DNA of 54,390 nt, counting the filler, from Sluysia triapertura (Eukaryota), in the NCBI GenBank assembly GCA_046118255.1. It is 4 parts of 4 records of this genome, joined end to end, with 100 filler letters (N's around TTAATTAATTAA, not from the genome) between each part and the next. Parts side by side here need not be neighbours in the genome. Positions count along the whole stretch, not along the records: positions 1 to 18,100 come from JBJNIA010177474.1; 3 more parts are not named here. The stretch is one strand, 5' to 3'. The notes below the pieces were generated by a model, which saw nothing but the letters and a program-made list of their open reading frames with translations, had not been told where the DNA came from and did no database searches. A program made the position numbers and the translations under genes. Below, in pieces: positions 1 to 12,959 of this stretch (position 1 is the stretch's first letter; each line of letters begins with the position of its first letter).

Positions 1-302
1 TAAATAATATAGTTATATAAAATATATAATTAATTAAAATATATGCAATTCTAGTATGTCTTCCCATAATGACTTGTCTTGTCCTCCCCTACTTCTTCTG
101 AAGTGACCTACGCAAACACTAAAAGAATTGCAGATCCAATATTAAAATCAATAATATGCCGCTTCTCTATTTTTCATTTAGAACTTATTTTATCTCATTT
201 CGAAACTCCCCACCCATCCAGCAGCAGCAGCAGTTTCTATCCAAATATGTAATTTAAGAAAGTTGTATCAGATATAACATTTAATTACTCTCATTCATTC
301 AG

Positions 303-437
303 GCTACCAGTATGAATCAGTCAGCGAAGAATGCATTCGAGATCACTGTGCCGAGTATGCTGTGTTTTGCAAAAGAGGTAGTAAATGTCTAAACACAGCA
401 GATAATTTCTTTTGCGAGTGTCTCCCTCATTTCACAG
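303..437 (+). CDS. EGF-repeat protein, internal exon (phase 1-1)
   Basis: ttcattcAG|...|GTtagc; 135 nt translating (G)YQYESVSEECIRDHCAEYAVFCKRGSKCLNTADNFFCECLPHFT(G), with EGF cysteine spacing and CxC-x(3)-FxG. Missed by the ORF track. Confidence 0.9.
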
Positions 438-1051
438 GTTAGCACATCAATAATGCTGCCGTGGCGTGGTGTGTCCCTGTTGCTGTCCGTAATTCATCCC
501 TCTCCTTATAAAATTGTTAAATTATTGGACCAAGTTATTTATTTATTTCTATAATACAAATTTATTTGATTCACTCACTGTTGAAGTACTGTTCCATCTT
601 GTTTTGCCTGCTCTCTGTGGTCGAGCCTGCGTCATCTTCGTATTCAAATTACTGATTCTTATGAAACAAGAGATAATGTATTTCTTCATACACAAAGTTA
701 TCTCTTCTTCAACAGCAGAATAACAAATAGAATCACATGTCCGTGCTGTTGCTTTATTGGCTCACTCACGCGCACTTAATTTGAATTGGTATAGATCGGT
801 TAGAATGAGTGTTATAGTAAATACGTATTTGGTGTTAATTAATTGGAAAAGAATTTCTTAGTTTTTGATTTGTATGATGGTTATTGTATTTTCACGGGAT
901 TTTATTTGAAGTAGTTAAAGTCTATTTCACTGGTCGTTAATGAGAAAAGTTAGTCGTGAGTCATTAAACCATCTGTTGTGATGTAACATCACTTAATCTG
1001 ATAACCAACCACACTTATATAATGTGATATATAATATTATATGATGCACAC

Positions 1052-3090
1052 CCTCGATGGTTCTACAGTTATCATTTTTATGCCTCATCGCAGTTTGCAC
1101 ACTCTCATATTCAACAAATCTTGTAGCGATTGCATGAATTGCATGACCGTCCGAAGAAACCTCCATTTCCGAATAATACCAAGCTAATCTTGTAATGTTG
1201 TTGTTGTTAACTGAAACTGAATATTACTAAACAACAACAGAAAGTCATCAACATTGTAAAACCTGTATATTCAAGACTACATTTTAAGAATAGTATAAAA
1301 TTGTCTTCATATCCATAATATATAATCACAAATCTTAACCGACTGCAAAAACTATAGTATTACTAAATATGCATAATATTCAAATTTACTAATATTAAAA
1401 ACTTAAGCGGCAGAAAATAATAACAAACAAAAACATTTGTTACAAAAAATCGCTATCAAATTCATCTTCACATTTGCCATCAAAATCATCATCATTCTTA
1501 TTATTAAGAAAATAGTCTCCATAAGCTACACTGTGATTCTTCTCCATCCGGAATCTCTGTCGTCGTTGCAGAGTGCAATTTTCCTTGACTTGATTGTACA
1601 TAATTGATGATGGTTCTTAGAGTCATTTTCAAAATATTCTTTACATTTTTTTAATTTTGGAGTATCTTTTAATTTATGAAATTCGCTCAAAATATAATTA
1701 TTAAAAAAGATAGGATGGCTCTTGAGGAGCTTACGTGGTAAGTATAAAATTAATCTGCGCTTCATATTTATAATTAATAAGATAAAATAAATAATAAAAT
1801 TATTATTGGATCACTGAATCAGGATGACACTTAAAGTGCCTATGGAATGAAAATACAGATTTAAGGTCCTTACTCAAGTAATTATCAGGTCTTCAAAAAC
1901 TTTACAAAACATCATTTCCGGATCGTGGTTTTGAGTTCTGAAGTCATAAGGAAACAAATATATTGAAGCTTTATTAAAATTATAATTAATCCCAGAGTCT
2001 GCAAACTAAAAATTCAGAAAAGTAGTTCAATTAGGTGTTCTAATTTCAAATAGATTTTATTCATCACAAAAATAATTGATGCCTTGGAAACATGCCAACG
2101 TATTCGTTGTTCTTGAATCTAATGAATGCAATGAATGGTTTGAAGTATTATTATTCAGTCCAAAATAACTATTGAATTATCGGAATCACATTTTAAATAT
2201 TCTTGCGTACAATGATTTCTATTACTTTTATTGAAATATCTTATATCAGCAAGAAACTGTGAATGTCCTTACTACTTTCGAAAAGAGCTCAATTTCATTT
2301 GATAAACTGTTTGAAATGTCTTTAATTTAAATAAAGCTATAAGAATCTTTGCTATCTTTTAAAATATACATTAACTTAATTATAACTATTAAATCATCAC
2401 CCATAAAGTCTTTAATTAAGATAAAGTTTACGAGTTTTTAACACGATTCATATTAATTTGTAGAACTCGAATGTCGATATTGTTTGAACACGTTTGTTTT
2501 AATATTCCAAAAAGTTTTTAACAAATGAAATGAATGGTATCTCGAAATATCTTCAGTACTAAATAATATTCACTAAATAATGACTAGTTTTTCATTGAAT
2601 AGATCTAGTTATTTTACATTCTGTTCAATTATTTTATCCCATCTTCATTTATAAATATAGGTCTAATAATAGGAACTTAACTACCTTCTGTTCGAGAAGT
2701 AACTTTGTCTTTCACGATAAACTGAATTGCGAAGTGATGTAACACTGAATTCCCAAAAATAAAGACTCTCAGAAGCATAAAGTACGATTAAAATTTTGTG
2801 AACATAGTTGAAAGTTGTTAAATTTCTTTTAATTAATTTCGTTGAAAGTATCGTCCCTATCATTTGAAAATTAATGAATGTGCCTGAAGCAGCAGCCGCG
2901 AGTAAACATGATATTCTGTAACATCAGAATCATCGGTAGTAAGGCTCGATAATTTGTGAATTGAATTACGAATCGCCGTTTAATTCTTTTTGAATTGTTA
3001 TTAGTCTTTCTGGCGAGTTTACTTCACACGAACAAATAATAGCATAACAAATTAGAGAAATAATAAAATATCAAAGAAATATCGCAAAAT
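1052..3090 (-). pseudogene. Disrupted, intron-containing coding-like region antisense within the EGF gene intron; family unknown
   Basis: Successive coding-like frames with stops and frameshifts (hydrophobic start YFIISLICYAIICSCE; FADSGINYNFNKASIYLFPYDFRTQNHDPEMMFCK after ttttAG; ORF 1526..1765) and an open phase 1-1 exon-like block at 1052-1216. Confidence 0.3.
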
Positions 3091-3966
3091 TTAATAGTAA
3101 CGACACGTGGTAACAAAATATTTCATAATAATTAGATGAAATAAATAAAATATTATTTAATTGAAATTACTGTAGTAATTGATCAGTACTTAGGGTTTTT
3201 ATTTCGGGAAAGGTTGTGGAAGGTATAAAAATGAACAGAGAGTGTAATCTTGATGCGACTTTAACGACTTCTGGTTGCTGTTAGAAAATTATACATTTCT
3301 TTGCTTATCTCTTTTGTTCAGCGTGATCCATTCTTAAAGTTCTCAGACCTAAACTCTTATGCCTTTTAAAGTTTTAAATTTTAATCAATTAATTCTTTAT
3401 TTATTTTTAGAGTAGACTGAAAGCCAGGCGAAAACAATTGTATTTATTTTATTTATGAACAATAAATTCGACTTAGTCAAAATCTGACGAATAAGGAGGA
3501 CAAATCCACTTGAAAATTGTGAATATTTCAAATGAATCGATAAACACGAATTTCTACTTTATGTAACACTAAATACACTTACACAACTAATAGAAACTAA
3601 CATGAAACAAATACAAAATAAACCCTTACGAAACTGACTTGTACCTCACTAAATTTATATCGAAAATACTAATGAAATTTCTTTCCAAACCTCGCGCATA
3701 CACACGCGTTTCGCCTATTTTTAGTTTGCCCATTTTGTGCTTTTCTTACACTCTCATTTGTTATTCTTATGTTATGGATCAATTCCATCGAATTAAATAT
3801 AGATTCCTTAATGTTAGCATCATCAAACATCTGAATGTACATTCTTCATCGGATCGTTGTCTTATTTTAACATTTTTCCGAATTTATGATTATCTTCAAA
3901 GTTAGATTATTGTACAATAGTACTGGGACATGTTCTGATGAGTACAATCTTATCTGAGTACAATTC

Positions 3967-4872
3967 TGATTACTTCATGGAATAGTGAAAATATGAATCA
4001 CATTCTTTCTATTCAAATATTTACAGATGATAAAATTAACACTTTATTCTCGGATTATTATTACACAAATTGAATTTAAAACATCAGATTCTTTATTTTT
4101 TGTGTAAACAATGCCTGTTCGCAAGCATGAAGTGGTTAAGAGAGAACTTAAGAGAGAAATTATCCTTGGGGTTCTCCTATAGTCAGAGTCTTATGATGTT
4201 TAGACTGGCTCCTCCATAGGATGATTTGTACTGCGTTTTATAAAAAATTAATTTGTTCCTTATTTGAGGTTGCTGTTTTTAATCGTTGCTATTTAAGATG
4301 GAATAATCTTTTATTAATTTATTTTATTTTAACTGGCACAAGATTATATTTCTGAGGTTCTATTTTAAAATCTTTTAATGATTAAAACAAATAAAACTCA
4401 GACTTAATATTTTTATCACAGATGAAACAGTAAAAAATGTATAGCGATATGTTCGATATTTACTGAATTTTGAATTTTGATGTGTCGCTTTGAAAGTATC
4501 CTTAAAATACTTGAAACGTTCTTTAAAATATAAGGATTTTAGTATACATCGAATAGTATAGAATCGAGTCTTTGAGAAATAAATTCTATCTCATTAAACA
4601 ATGAAGTATTTCCGATTAGTGTAGCTAAATCAAAAGGTGTTTTTCATGCGATATTTAAATATTACCGACAAAATGAACTAATCGTATAATAGACAGCGAC
4701 TGTAACAAGGTTACGCGGCAGTCCATTTAGTCTACATTTTGAAGAATTCAGAATGACAGCCACACACGAAGATCAAGTTGAAGCAGTCAATTTTTATCAC
4801 TGTCTGCTTGAGTCACCGATTGTGCCTCATCCGATATCGCCAGTGTTTTTCGAAAACAGAGTAGGAAATTGA
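3967..4872 (+). mobile_element. Decayed CACTA/EnSpm (CMC) transposase remnant
   Basis: Collinear degenerate motifs: LLHGIV..ITFFLFKYL (cf. DLLEGIVPYELKLLL), SYSQSLMMFRLAP (cf. SASQMWCFLRLLP), F*C.RFES..KYLKR (cf. WCMRFESKHKYFK); many stops and frameshifts. Confidence 0.55.
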
Positions 4873-5123
4873 ATAAGCTTTGGAACAATTAAATTATTTT
4901 TCATAACCTTTTTGACACTTCATCTTCAAATTTATTTATGTACATCTTGTGGATTTCCAGTGTAATGTTTGATTGATCAATATTATTAGCGTCTTTTCAA
5001 AATAATTGGAAGTCACTTAAGTAATTGGATCATCCTCTAAATTATTTAATTATTTAATTTATTTAATAATTAATAAAAATGGATATTTAGCACTTGATTT
5101 ATTTACTTGGTAAATCAATTTAG

Positions 5124-5449
5124 GTAAAGACTGCTCTATCTGGGACCCTTGCTTCCGGGCTGAATGTGCCAGTAGTTCTATTTGTAAAGCCACTGATTCT
5201 GGATACATATGTATTTGTTCAGACAATATGTATGGGAAGTTCTGTGAAAAAAATGGTTCGTTAATAGAGAAACACAATCAAGAAAAAGTGGAAAATAGTA
5301 AATCCGCTTACACGACAAATAGAGTAACAGGCGGTACTAGTTCCGTGACAGCATCACCAAAGATATTATCAACTTCTGCAGAGCTGCGCAAGAATGAGAA
5401 TGAGCACATCAGAAGAGACTCTAGCAGATTTGTTAATTCTCAATTCCAG
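5124..5449 (+). CDS. EGF-repeat protein, next exon (EGF domain plus Ser/Thr-rich segment)
   Basis: atttAG|GT AAA GAC TGC completes the previous EGF (FT-G-KDC), then SIWDPCFRAECASSSICKATDSGYICICSDNMYGKFCE; phase matches exon 303-437; donor CAG|GTAGTA. Contains most of ORF 5228..5494. Confidence 0.88.
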
Positions 5450-5502
5450 GTAGTATTTAAAGACGATTATTATTGGTCTACCATTAAAATCTAAATGTAC
5501 AG

Positions 5503-5602
5503 GTTAATGTTTCTGAAATAAGTAAGACCATACTTATCAAACAAGAAGTAATAAATCATGTTTACGGAAATTGTCACTGCACAAAGTTGTTCTATTACTC
5601 TG
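5503..5602 (+). CDS. EGF-repeat protein, probable penultimate exon
   Basis: Follows a 53-nt GT..AG intron (5450-5502) in frame: VNVSEISKTILIKQEVINHVYGNCHCTKLFYYS(G); candidate donor G|GTATTA. Confidence 0.6.
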
Positions 5603-5658
5603 GTATTACTTAATACATCATTTTGTAAAACACAGCGACACATGTGGACATTTTCCAG

Positions 5659-5699
5659 GTGCACTGATTCAAAACGTTTTTACATCATTACAAACATAA
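5659..5699 (+). CDS. EGF-repeat protein, probable terminal exon
   Basis: 56-nt intron ending ttttccAG, then (G)ALIQNVFTSLQT-TAA with AATAAA at ~5716. An alternative acceptor at 5635, or read-through to a stop at ~5613, is also possible. Confidence 0.45.
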
Positions 5700-6089
5700 T
5701 TATGCATTATTAAACAATAAATCTACACTTAATTATTCATCATTTTATCCTCTCACACTACACTAATATTAATTTTATAATATTAAATTATTTCATGTTA
5801 AATATTAAATTCAATTAATTTGTAATAAATATTAAAATAAATTATCATTAAAAAGATTAAAATAATTAATTTGTACCTTTTAATTTAAGGATTTAAATTT
5901 ACATAAATAATAATAATAATTATTATTATTATTTTATTTTTGTTTTTATGAAAGTATTATTATTATTATTTTATTTTATTATAATATTTTAAAAACAAAT
6001 ATTACAACTAAGTATTAATAAAATCAGTTTCTTTAATTAAATTTAAAAAAGTTATATTTTTAAATGATGAAAAATATTCATTGCTGTTA

Positions 6090-7700
6090 TTAACACATTT
6101 TCTGTGCGACTGCATTATTGTTATGACATTTTGTAAATCTTCTGCATTGTCGAATTCAAATGATACTGTGACAATGTTGCAATCAAGTGCTCATTTCTCA
6201 GATGCTAGTAAGTCGAGTCAGAGAACTATCGTGGTACAAGTATCAATTATAAAATGACAAATTTAAAGCAGAGCTTCTAAAGGATTAAAAAATTATATTG
6301 TGATAAATTAATTGAATCGAATAATTTGGAAGATTTATTGCATCCATTTTAATAAAATCGATAAAATTTTATCAATCCTGTTGAAAGGAGTCCATATTCA
6401 ATTCTTATTACAAATTAAAAACCAGAAATACATCGTCATAGAAATGCTTATGGAATATTTCACATGATTCCCTAATATTTTGCAAATGACGAAATTTCCA
6501 AGTTCCTTCTTGGAAGTTGTTGCATTTCGAGAGGATCATCGAATTTTGAATGAACTATTGGACATTTTAAATGTGACTATGTTTAAATCATGCTACGATG
6601 TTGTTGAAGTTACTGAAATTATAAATTTTGCGATTTTTACCAATAAATGCTTTTTCTGTTTTGTCCTTTGTGACCTAGAGACCCAAACTTTTTATTTAAA
6701 ATTTTTAAGTTATAAAGTTTCAGCCGACCTTCAGTCGCATAAATATAATTTTATATCATTTTAATAATTGAGTTATTCAAAAGCTGTGATTGGAATTTAT
6801 ATATATTGAGATGGTCGAGTGTTACGGAATTGAAGAATTTTCAGTGAATTATTTGTATTTTAGAAGTGTTTGTGAGAATTAAATGATTTATCAAAAAGGA
6901 CTTATTTACATTAATTACAATTAATTCGCTAAAATTGGACTTAATGTCCGTACTAAATGTTTTAAACTCGAAATGAACAGTAGTCTTAAGGCCTAGGATT
7001 AATTCGTTAAATGAAAGGCAAAAAACCAAATAAAAATTTCCTTTATCTATTCCACAACAAGTCAAAAATTTATAAAAGTTATGAAACATAAAACGTATCA
7101 AAAATTTACGTACATTAGATGAACAGAATCCTTTTCGTTGACACTCAGTTTTCGTTTCAAACTGAACCTTCAAAACCTATATGTCTAATGTCATTTCAGA
7201 AGTGGAAGAAATAGCCGTGAAATGTTTTCGAGGATGCATAAATGGAATTATATTTATACATCCTTTAATGCCAATTGTGCGTGTGATTTGAGAGAAGTGC
7301 TGTATGTCTTCAATTACAGAACTTTTTTGGTATAGTGCAGTACTCGTAGAGCTCATCGAGATTTTCAAACTTGCTCAATTCTAACACGTGTTCTTGTTCC
7401 ACTGGATCTCTACTATGACTGTACAAATTTTTAAAAGGTAGGTTATTTGACACTATGTTTAAATCAAGTACAAAAGGTATTAGAACATACATTGGTATAA
7501 TATATTTAGCTAAATGCATAAGTTTAAAATATTTATCACGACTAAACATAATGCCTTTTAGTAATTTAAATTAGTTAATTCAAAAATTAAATTACTAGAA
7601 CATCTACCATTCGGTAGGTAGGTCATTGATACATCTACCAAATCATGACCAGATCAGACAAGTTCTCAAATTGAGCAAAAAGCTTTTCTCGAAAATAATT
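6090..7700 (-). mobile_element. Decayed hAT transposase (ZMYM1/TTF zinc-finger type)
   Basis: hAT-like blocks in the expected order: KHFTAIS..TLDI (first Asp region), LTCCGIDKGN, HDLNIV (CxxH region), IR*SSR (cf. TRWSSR), FKFVIL; fragmented across ORFs 6841-7549. Confidence 0.6.
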
Positions 7701-8659
7701 AACAGGTGCAGCCTGACTAACACTTTATGATGATACAATTTAAATCATTTGGTAGCACTAGGATGGCTTCCGCTGACTTAGACTCTACGTCCGTATACAC
7801 TTCGAAATCGGTGTTGATTAATAGAAAATTTGAAACCAACAATAATTGTTACTGTAAGCATAAAAAGTTAAATTAACCAACGACTTACTAAACTCTTACC
7901 ACCATTGAGTTGTTCGTCTCCTAAATGCAAAGGAGTAATATTATACCCACCAGGCTGTAGCAAGCGTCTATATGATTTTTTTAGAATAAAACTACGCTGT
8001 TTATAAATTGAATCGCTTAAACCAAACATTAAGAATTTGTTTTTAAAGTTTTTCTTTAACATGATTTACATATTGAAACAAAAATTACTTTTCTAACATT
8101 TTCATCACAATAAGAAAATTAATAAAAATAGTAATGTAAAAGTAATAATAATAGTAAAATTAATAAAAATGGTACAAATTATAAAAATAATGAAAATAAT
8201 AAAATAGTAAAAATAACAATGATGGTGTGAATGATCATCAGAGGAAAAGGAAGTGACATTGATATAAATGATTTTGGTATGAGGTTTAGAGTTTGTAGAG
8301 TATTATTTGTAGTTTATGCTAATGTAGGAAAGCAACAATGAAGTGAAAAGGTTGAGTATGAAATTTTATAAATGTTAAGGATGACAAAATTATTATCGAT
8401 AAACGTGACACCACAGTGTTATACTTCTATATGTATATTATTTTATTAACATTTTTTACATAAGTACTTATGTTACATAAAAACAATGTATACCTCATTT
8501 GCATAGAATTTAAGAATTTTTTCTTAAAAAAACAAAAGTAAAAAACGTTATGTGAATTAATGTTTTAAGAAAAGTCATTGCAAAAAAAATTAATATAATT
8601 GGTGATTTAATAAAAAAATCATAATAACCATTAAATGGGTCAATTGATTAGTGTTAATG

Positions 8660-8802
8660 CCATATGATTCGGTCACACTTGAAACATCATTGATAAACAA
8701 TAGTGGATCAAGTATTGATCCTTGAGGAACCCCGTGCTTTACACAAGCCTTACTTGACTTCACATTATTCAATAAAACGTATTGCCTTCTTTCTTTTAAC
8801 AC
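8660..8802 (-). mobile_element. Non-LTR (LINE) reverse transcriptase fragment
   Basis: RRQYVLLNNVKSSKACVKHGVPQGSILDPLLFIND matches the RT motif GVPQGSILGPLLF..IND. Confidence 0.9.
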
Positions 8803-8869
8803 TTTGACATTATTTTAATCGCAGATATACTTAAACCTCCAGCATTTGAATTTTTTAATTCCAAATTTG

Positions 8870-9100
8870 AAGTAACTCAGGTATTTCCCAAAAATTGTTC
8901 AAGACATGGTTCTTTGTCAGTTTGAGACCAATCGTTTTCAACACCATTATGTCCGATTTCGAGTCAGTAGATGTATCGAGAGGTTGAATAGTTTTACATT
9001 TTTTTGTGACGGGTATAATTTCATAATCATCACTATCACTTTGTTCTTCATGATAAGATAAATCATCTGCATAGATTTCTTCATTATGGCACATCGACAT
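8870..9100 (-). mobile_element. piggyBac transposase N-terminal fragment
   Basis: Acidic N-terminus (EEIYADDLS..SDSDD), then in a shifted frame ENDWSQTDKEPCLEQFLGNT*V, typical of piggyBac W-x-D-x-P-x-F-x-G-x-PG. Confidence 0.6.
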
Positions 9101-9968
9101 TCTTTTTAAAAATTTTATTATTTAAAGTAATTAGGAAAACTTCATTTAACTTAAATTCAGAAAACTCATATAAATGTGCACAAAGAAACTGAATGTGCAT
9201 AAGAAAATGGCTATCTCAGTATCATTTCAACTGACAAGATAAAACACGTAAGACAATCAATACAGATGCGTTGTTAACAAACTTGTTACAGATTGCATTA
9301 AAGCAATTGTCGCGTAACATTTCACAAAATACTTCAGCTTTTTCAAGTCACTTCGCTTAAACTCCATCATATGCCGCAAAATAATATTTTTTAAATGATA
9401 GCTATTTGAAACAATTATTTAATTATAAGATAGAAATTAAACATTTAAAAAGGATTTAATAATGCATTAAACTAAACATTTCTTCATAAAACATTGAAAT
9501 TTTTTAGATTTACAGACGATTGATGCTTTGTTTGTATTTCCAATTTACATATTGTCTTTATTGGATAAATAAATAGTTTTTTCTATCGGACGTCTTTCGT
9601 TCTAATCCTATATTATACTATCAAATATAAATTACTACATGCTGTCAAATATAAATTACTGCATATTATCAAATACAAATTACTTAATACATAAATATAA
9701 TAGGGTAATTCAATCTATATCACATATTAAAGGTTCAAATAATTAATTTTTGGTCTAAAATCATACATATTATTATTATTATTTTATTTAAATCTTATTT
9801 CAAAATAATTTTAATCGATTATAATGTTTCTAAATTTTAATTTAACATTATTTCTATCTAATCTTAATTTAAAATAATTTTGTTTATCTAATCAATTATG
9901 ACATTGAAGTTTAATTTTTTAAACTTTGATTTCTTGTGGTTTCTATTCAATTTCAATTTAAAATGATA

Positions 9969-12351
9969 TTATTTTATAAATATTACGTTACACTTTAAAC
10001 AATATTCAGCAGGATCAACAAACCTACTTATACAAGAAGAAATTGATATCAACTTAATCTTGCAATGATGTTCGTAACTGCTATTAAATATTACTAAATA
10101 AGAGAAAATTAATATTACAAATTCTATATATTTACATTTATCAATAAAAACATTAGCTTTTTGCATCCTCAAAAATCAAAAAAATCTCAAATTCCTGTAA
10201 AAGATATTGTATTAGTAAAAATGTATAGTATTTGTAAGCACTTACTAGCATTAACAACTTAAACAGCAAGAAAAAATAGCAATGCAATATCGTCAATGTT
10301 ATTAATAAAATAATTTTCCTAAGCGACACGTTCATCCTTGCCCAGCGCATACCTCTTGTCATTAATAATTAAAAGCCATATTATTGTATAAAGCTGACGA
10401 CTTTTGGATCCAGTTCTGGTTTGATCTCAAAATTCTTCGTGACTTATGACGGTGCCTTGAGAGTGATTCCTTTAGCAAATAAAAATATCCATTCAATGTA
10501 TTTTACCTTAAATTTAAATTTACTTATATCTATAATGGTTTTTATCATGAGTTAACTCATCTAACAATTCGTCTTTAATAATTTCATTTAATAAATAATC
10601 TAAATTAGCTTTAGTGCATTTTGAAAAATAAACTGTCAGTATCACCATCCATAAATTAAATCTTACAGTTAAATTTCTTACGATATTCTATTTATTCAAA
10701 TTGTAATTGATATATGACCTACCACTTAACAATGTTAAGTCCAAAAATTTGGTTATAATGAAGTACCTGTCTTTCTATTTTTTAATTTATTGAATGGGTT
10801 ACAATGTTGCCTTTTAAAATATTTTAATTTAATTTAATTTATTGTTATATTAACTTTAAATTCAAAATGAAATTCAATCTCATTTATACTCGGTGTATTG
10901 AAATTAATATAATCAACAATAATGACAAATGAATCTAACTAATCTTACAACTATTAATAATCACTAATATAAGTCCAATATCCAAAACAAATAAAACAAC
11001 TGTTAAAAATATAAATCAGTATTAATAATTAGCAATCAACTTTCATATAACACTAATAACACAATAAACTAGCCGATGAACCATGGGTGACTTCAAAAAA
11101 TTCAATTACTGAAAATAATAAAAAGTAAGTTATTATTATTAATAATAAATTATTATTTTAATAATTATTTGAAAGGGAATTTCTTAAAGGAAAATTCAAG
11201 AGGATTACTGCCAAAATTATCCAAAATTGATGTTTCTCTAAAATACAAATTAAAGACTTATCTCCAAGAATATTTAAAAATAAAAACATTAGCAAAATAT
11301 TCATGGATCTTCTGTTGCCCTACATTAATTGTATTAAGAACTGTGTTTATTAACAAGACTTATTAAATTATCGTAACTTGATATAGATAAAAGTAAAAAT
11401 AGTTACACTTTTATTTTATTAATTTTTATCAATAATATATTAAAAATTATTTTGATGAAATTATTTAAATGAAATTACTATCTACTACATCACAATAATT
11501 AAAATGACAAATGTTGGATCTAGAAAAGAGAATATTAAAATTATTGATAAGGATTTAGTTTTTCATGAAGGGGCCTTTTTTATTGTTGGCTATTGTCATT
11601 TGATTGTTTCGATTGTACAAGCACAACAGAATTTGTGTCAGCACTTGTATGTTCCTGATATTACTATTGTTGGAGGGGGTATTGTGAAGCTGCTTTATCT
11701 GCTGATTGTTGCAATAGCTGGTATGCAGAAAACGAGTATCCATTTTATGAAGTTGTATCTATTTTAGTAATCATAATATGGTTACTAACAAACTGAGATG
11801 AGTTTTTTTATTACAATGAGATAAGATGCTGAAATTGGGCTGAATATTCTTGCTGCTGACACTAGTTTAATTGTGGACGGTCAGAGAAATCCCAAAAATC
11901 GCACTTGAAATGTATGGTTCTATTATCTTTTCCGTAATCGATGACAGTGCAGAAAAGAATTCCAAATTCATGTTTTCTTTTAAAGTGATACTAATCATTG
12001 TTAAGTTATAAAACTCAGTTGTTATAAGACGTCATATAAAATCTCTTAAACAAGGGGTATCCCATCTAAAATACAACAATCAACAAAAAATAGAATTAAT
12101 GAAACCTGTTTCTGCAAAAACTATTACACGAATAGATTCACCATTCGGAAGAACAACCTTTTAGCTCTTATATAATTTAAAGGTGCTGTTAATGTTTCAC
12201 CTGATGACACTGAACTAGTTTCCCTAGATACATTTTCTATTTCAATGTACTGAGGATCATCATCAAAAAAGATATCGTGAAATAAGAGCGTTTATTTCAT
12301 ACAATGATATATTTGGGTGTTTCTGTAATCAAAATTGTTTCCATTTATTTC
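9969..12351 (-). pseudogene. Disrupted multi-exon gene copy, possibly FERM/RA-like with a Gln-rich segment
   Basis: Canonical short introns at 12066-12105 (40 nt), 10195-10245 (51 nt, GTAAGT..CTAAT..TTTACAG) and 10094-10135 (42 nt); KVVLPNGESIRVIVFAET-DGIPLV*EILYDVL*QL resembles a ubiquitin-like FERM F1/RA start; in-frame stops and homopolymer frameshifts. Family call is tentative. Confidence 0.4.
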
Positions 12352-12959
12352 CTGTAAAAATAATGTTTTATAATGAATAAGAACAAGGACAATAGTAACA
12401 GTAACTATGCATATTTAAACGTGACAATTTGACTTTTCTTAAACACCTACTATACTTTCGATACATTGCAAACTCCCACTGCGTGCCGAAAACATTTATT
12501 TTAAAATATATTCATCATTTAACTTTCAATTCATACTTAAATAAATAATTTATTTATCTTTTATTCATAACTTAAGCGAATTTGACCAATAATTTCCTTC
12601 AAATCTTTTCAACACTCAATTCAAAAATCTTAATATCTATTACAAAGTTCTCAAACTCTTAATTTACTTCATTTATCGTAAAATAAAAGGGCTTCCCTTG
12701 TTAAATACTTATAGTCTTCCAGTGATTTGGCACTCGTACTCGGTTGTATATTGTGAAATATAATCTAGCCTTTATTTTATTATTTCAGTACATTTTGTAT
12801 AATAAAATCAATATCAATAATACAATTATAATTAGAGTACCACATTATCAATAATTTTCACTTCTGCATCTGTCATTGTGTGGTAAAATAGCACAACATG
12901 TATGTATGTATGTAAAACCAATTCAAATTTCATTGGCAACATGCAAATAGTGTTATAGT

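Noticed and set aside
2040-2860. MULE transposase on the minus strand (DSRTTN and CxxH-like motifs)
   Set aside because: The motifs are about twice as far apart as expected and need frameshifts; kept only as unknown coding-like DNA.
5905-5935. (AAT)n(ATT)n hairpins (also near 46965 and 43360)
   Set aside because: Expected from abundant AAT microsatellites in AT-rich DNA; no conserved context.
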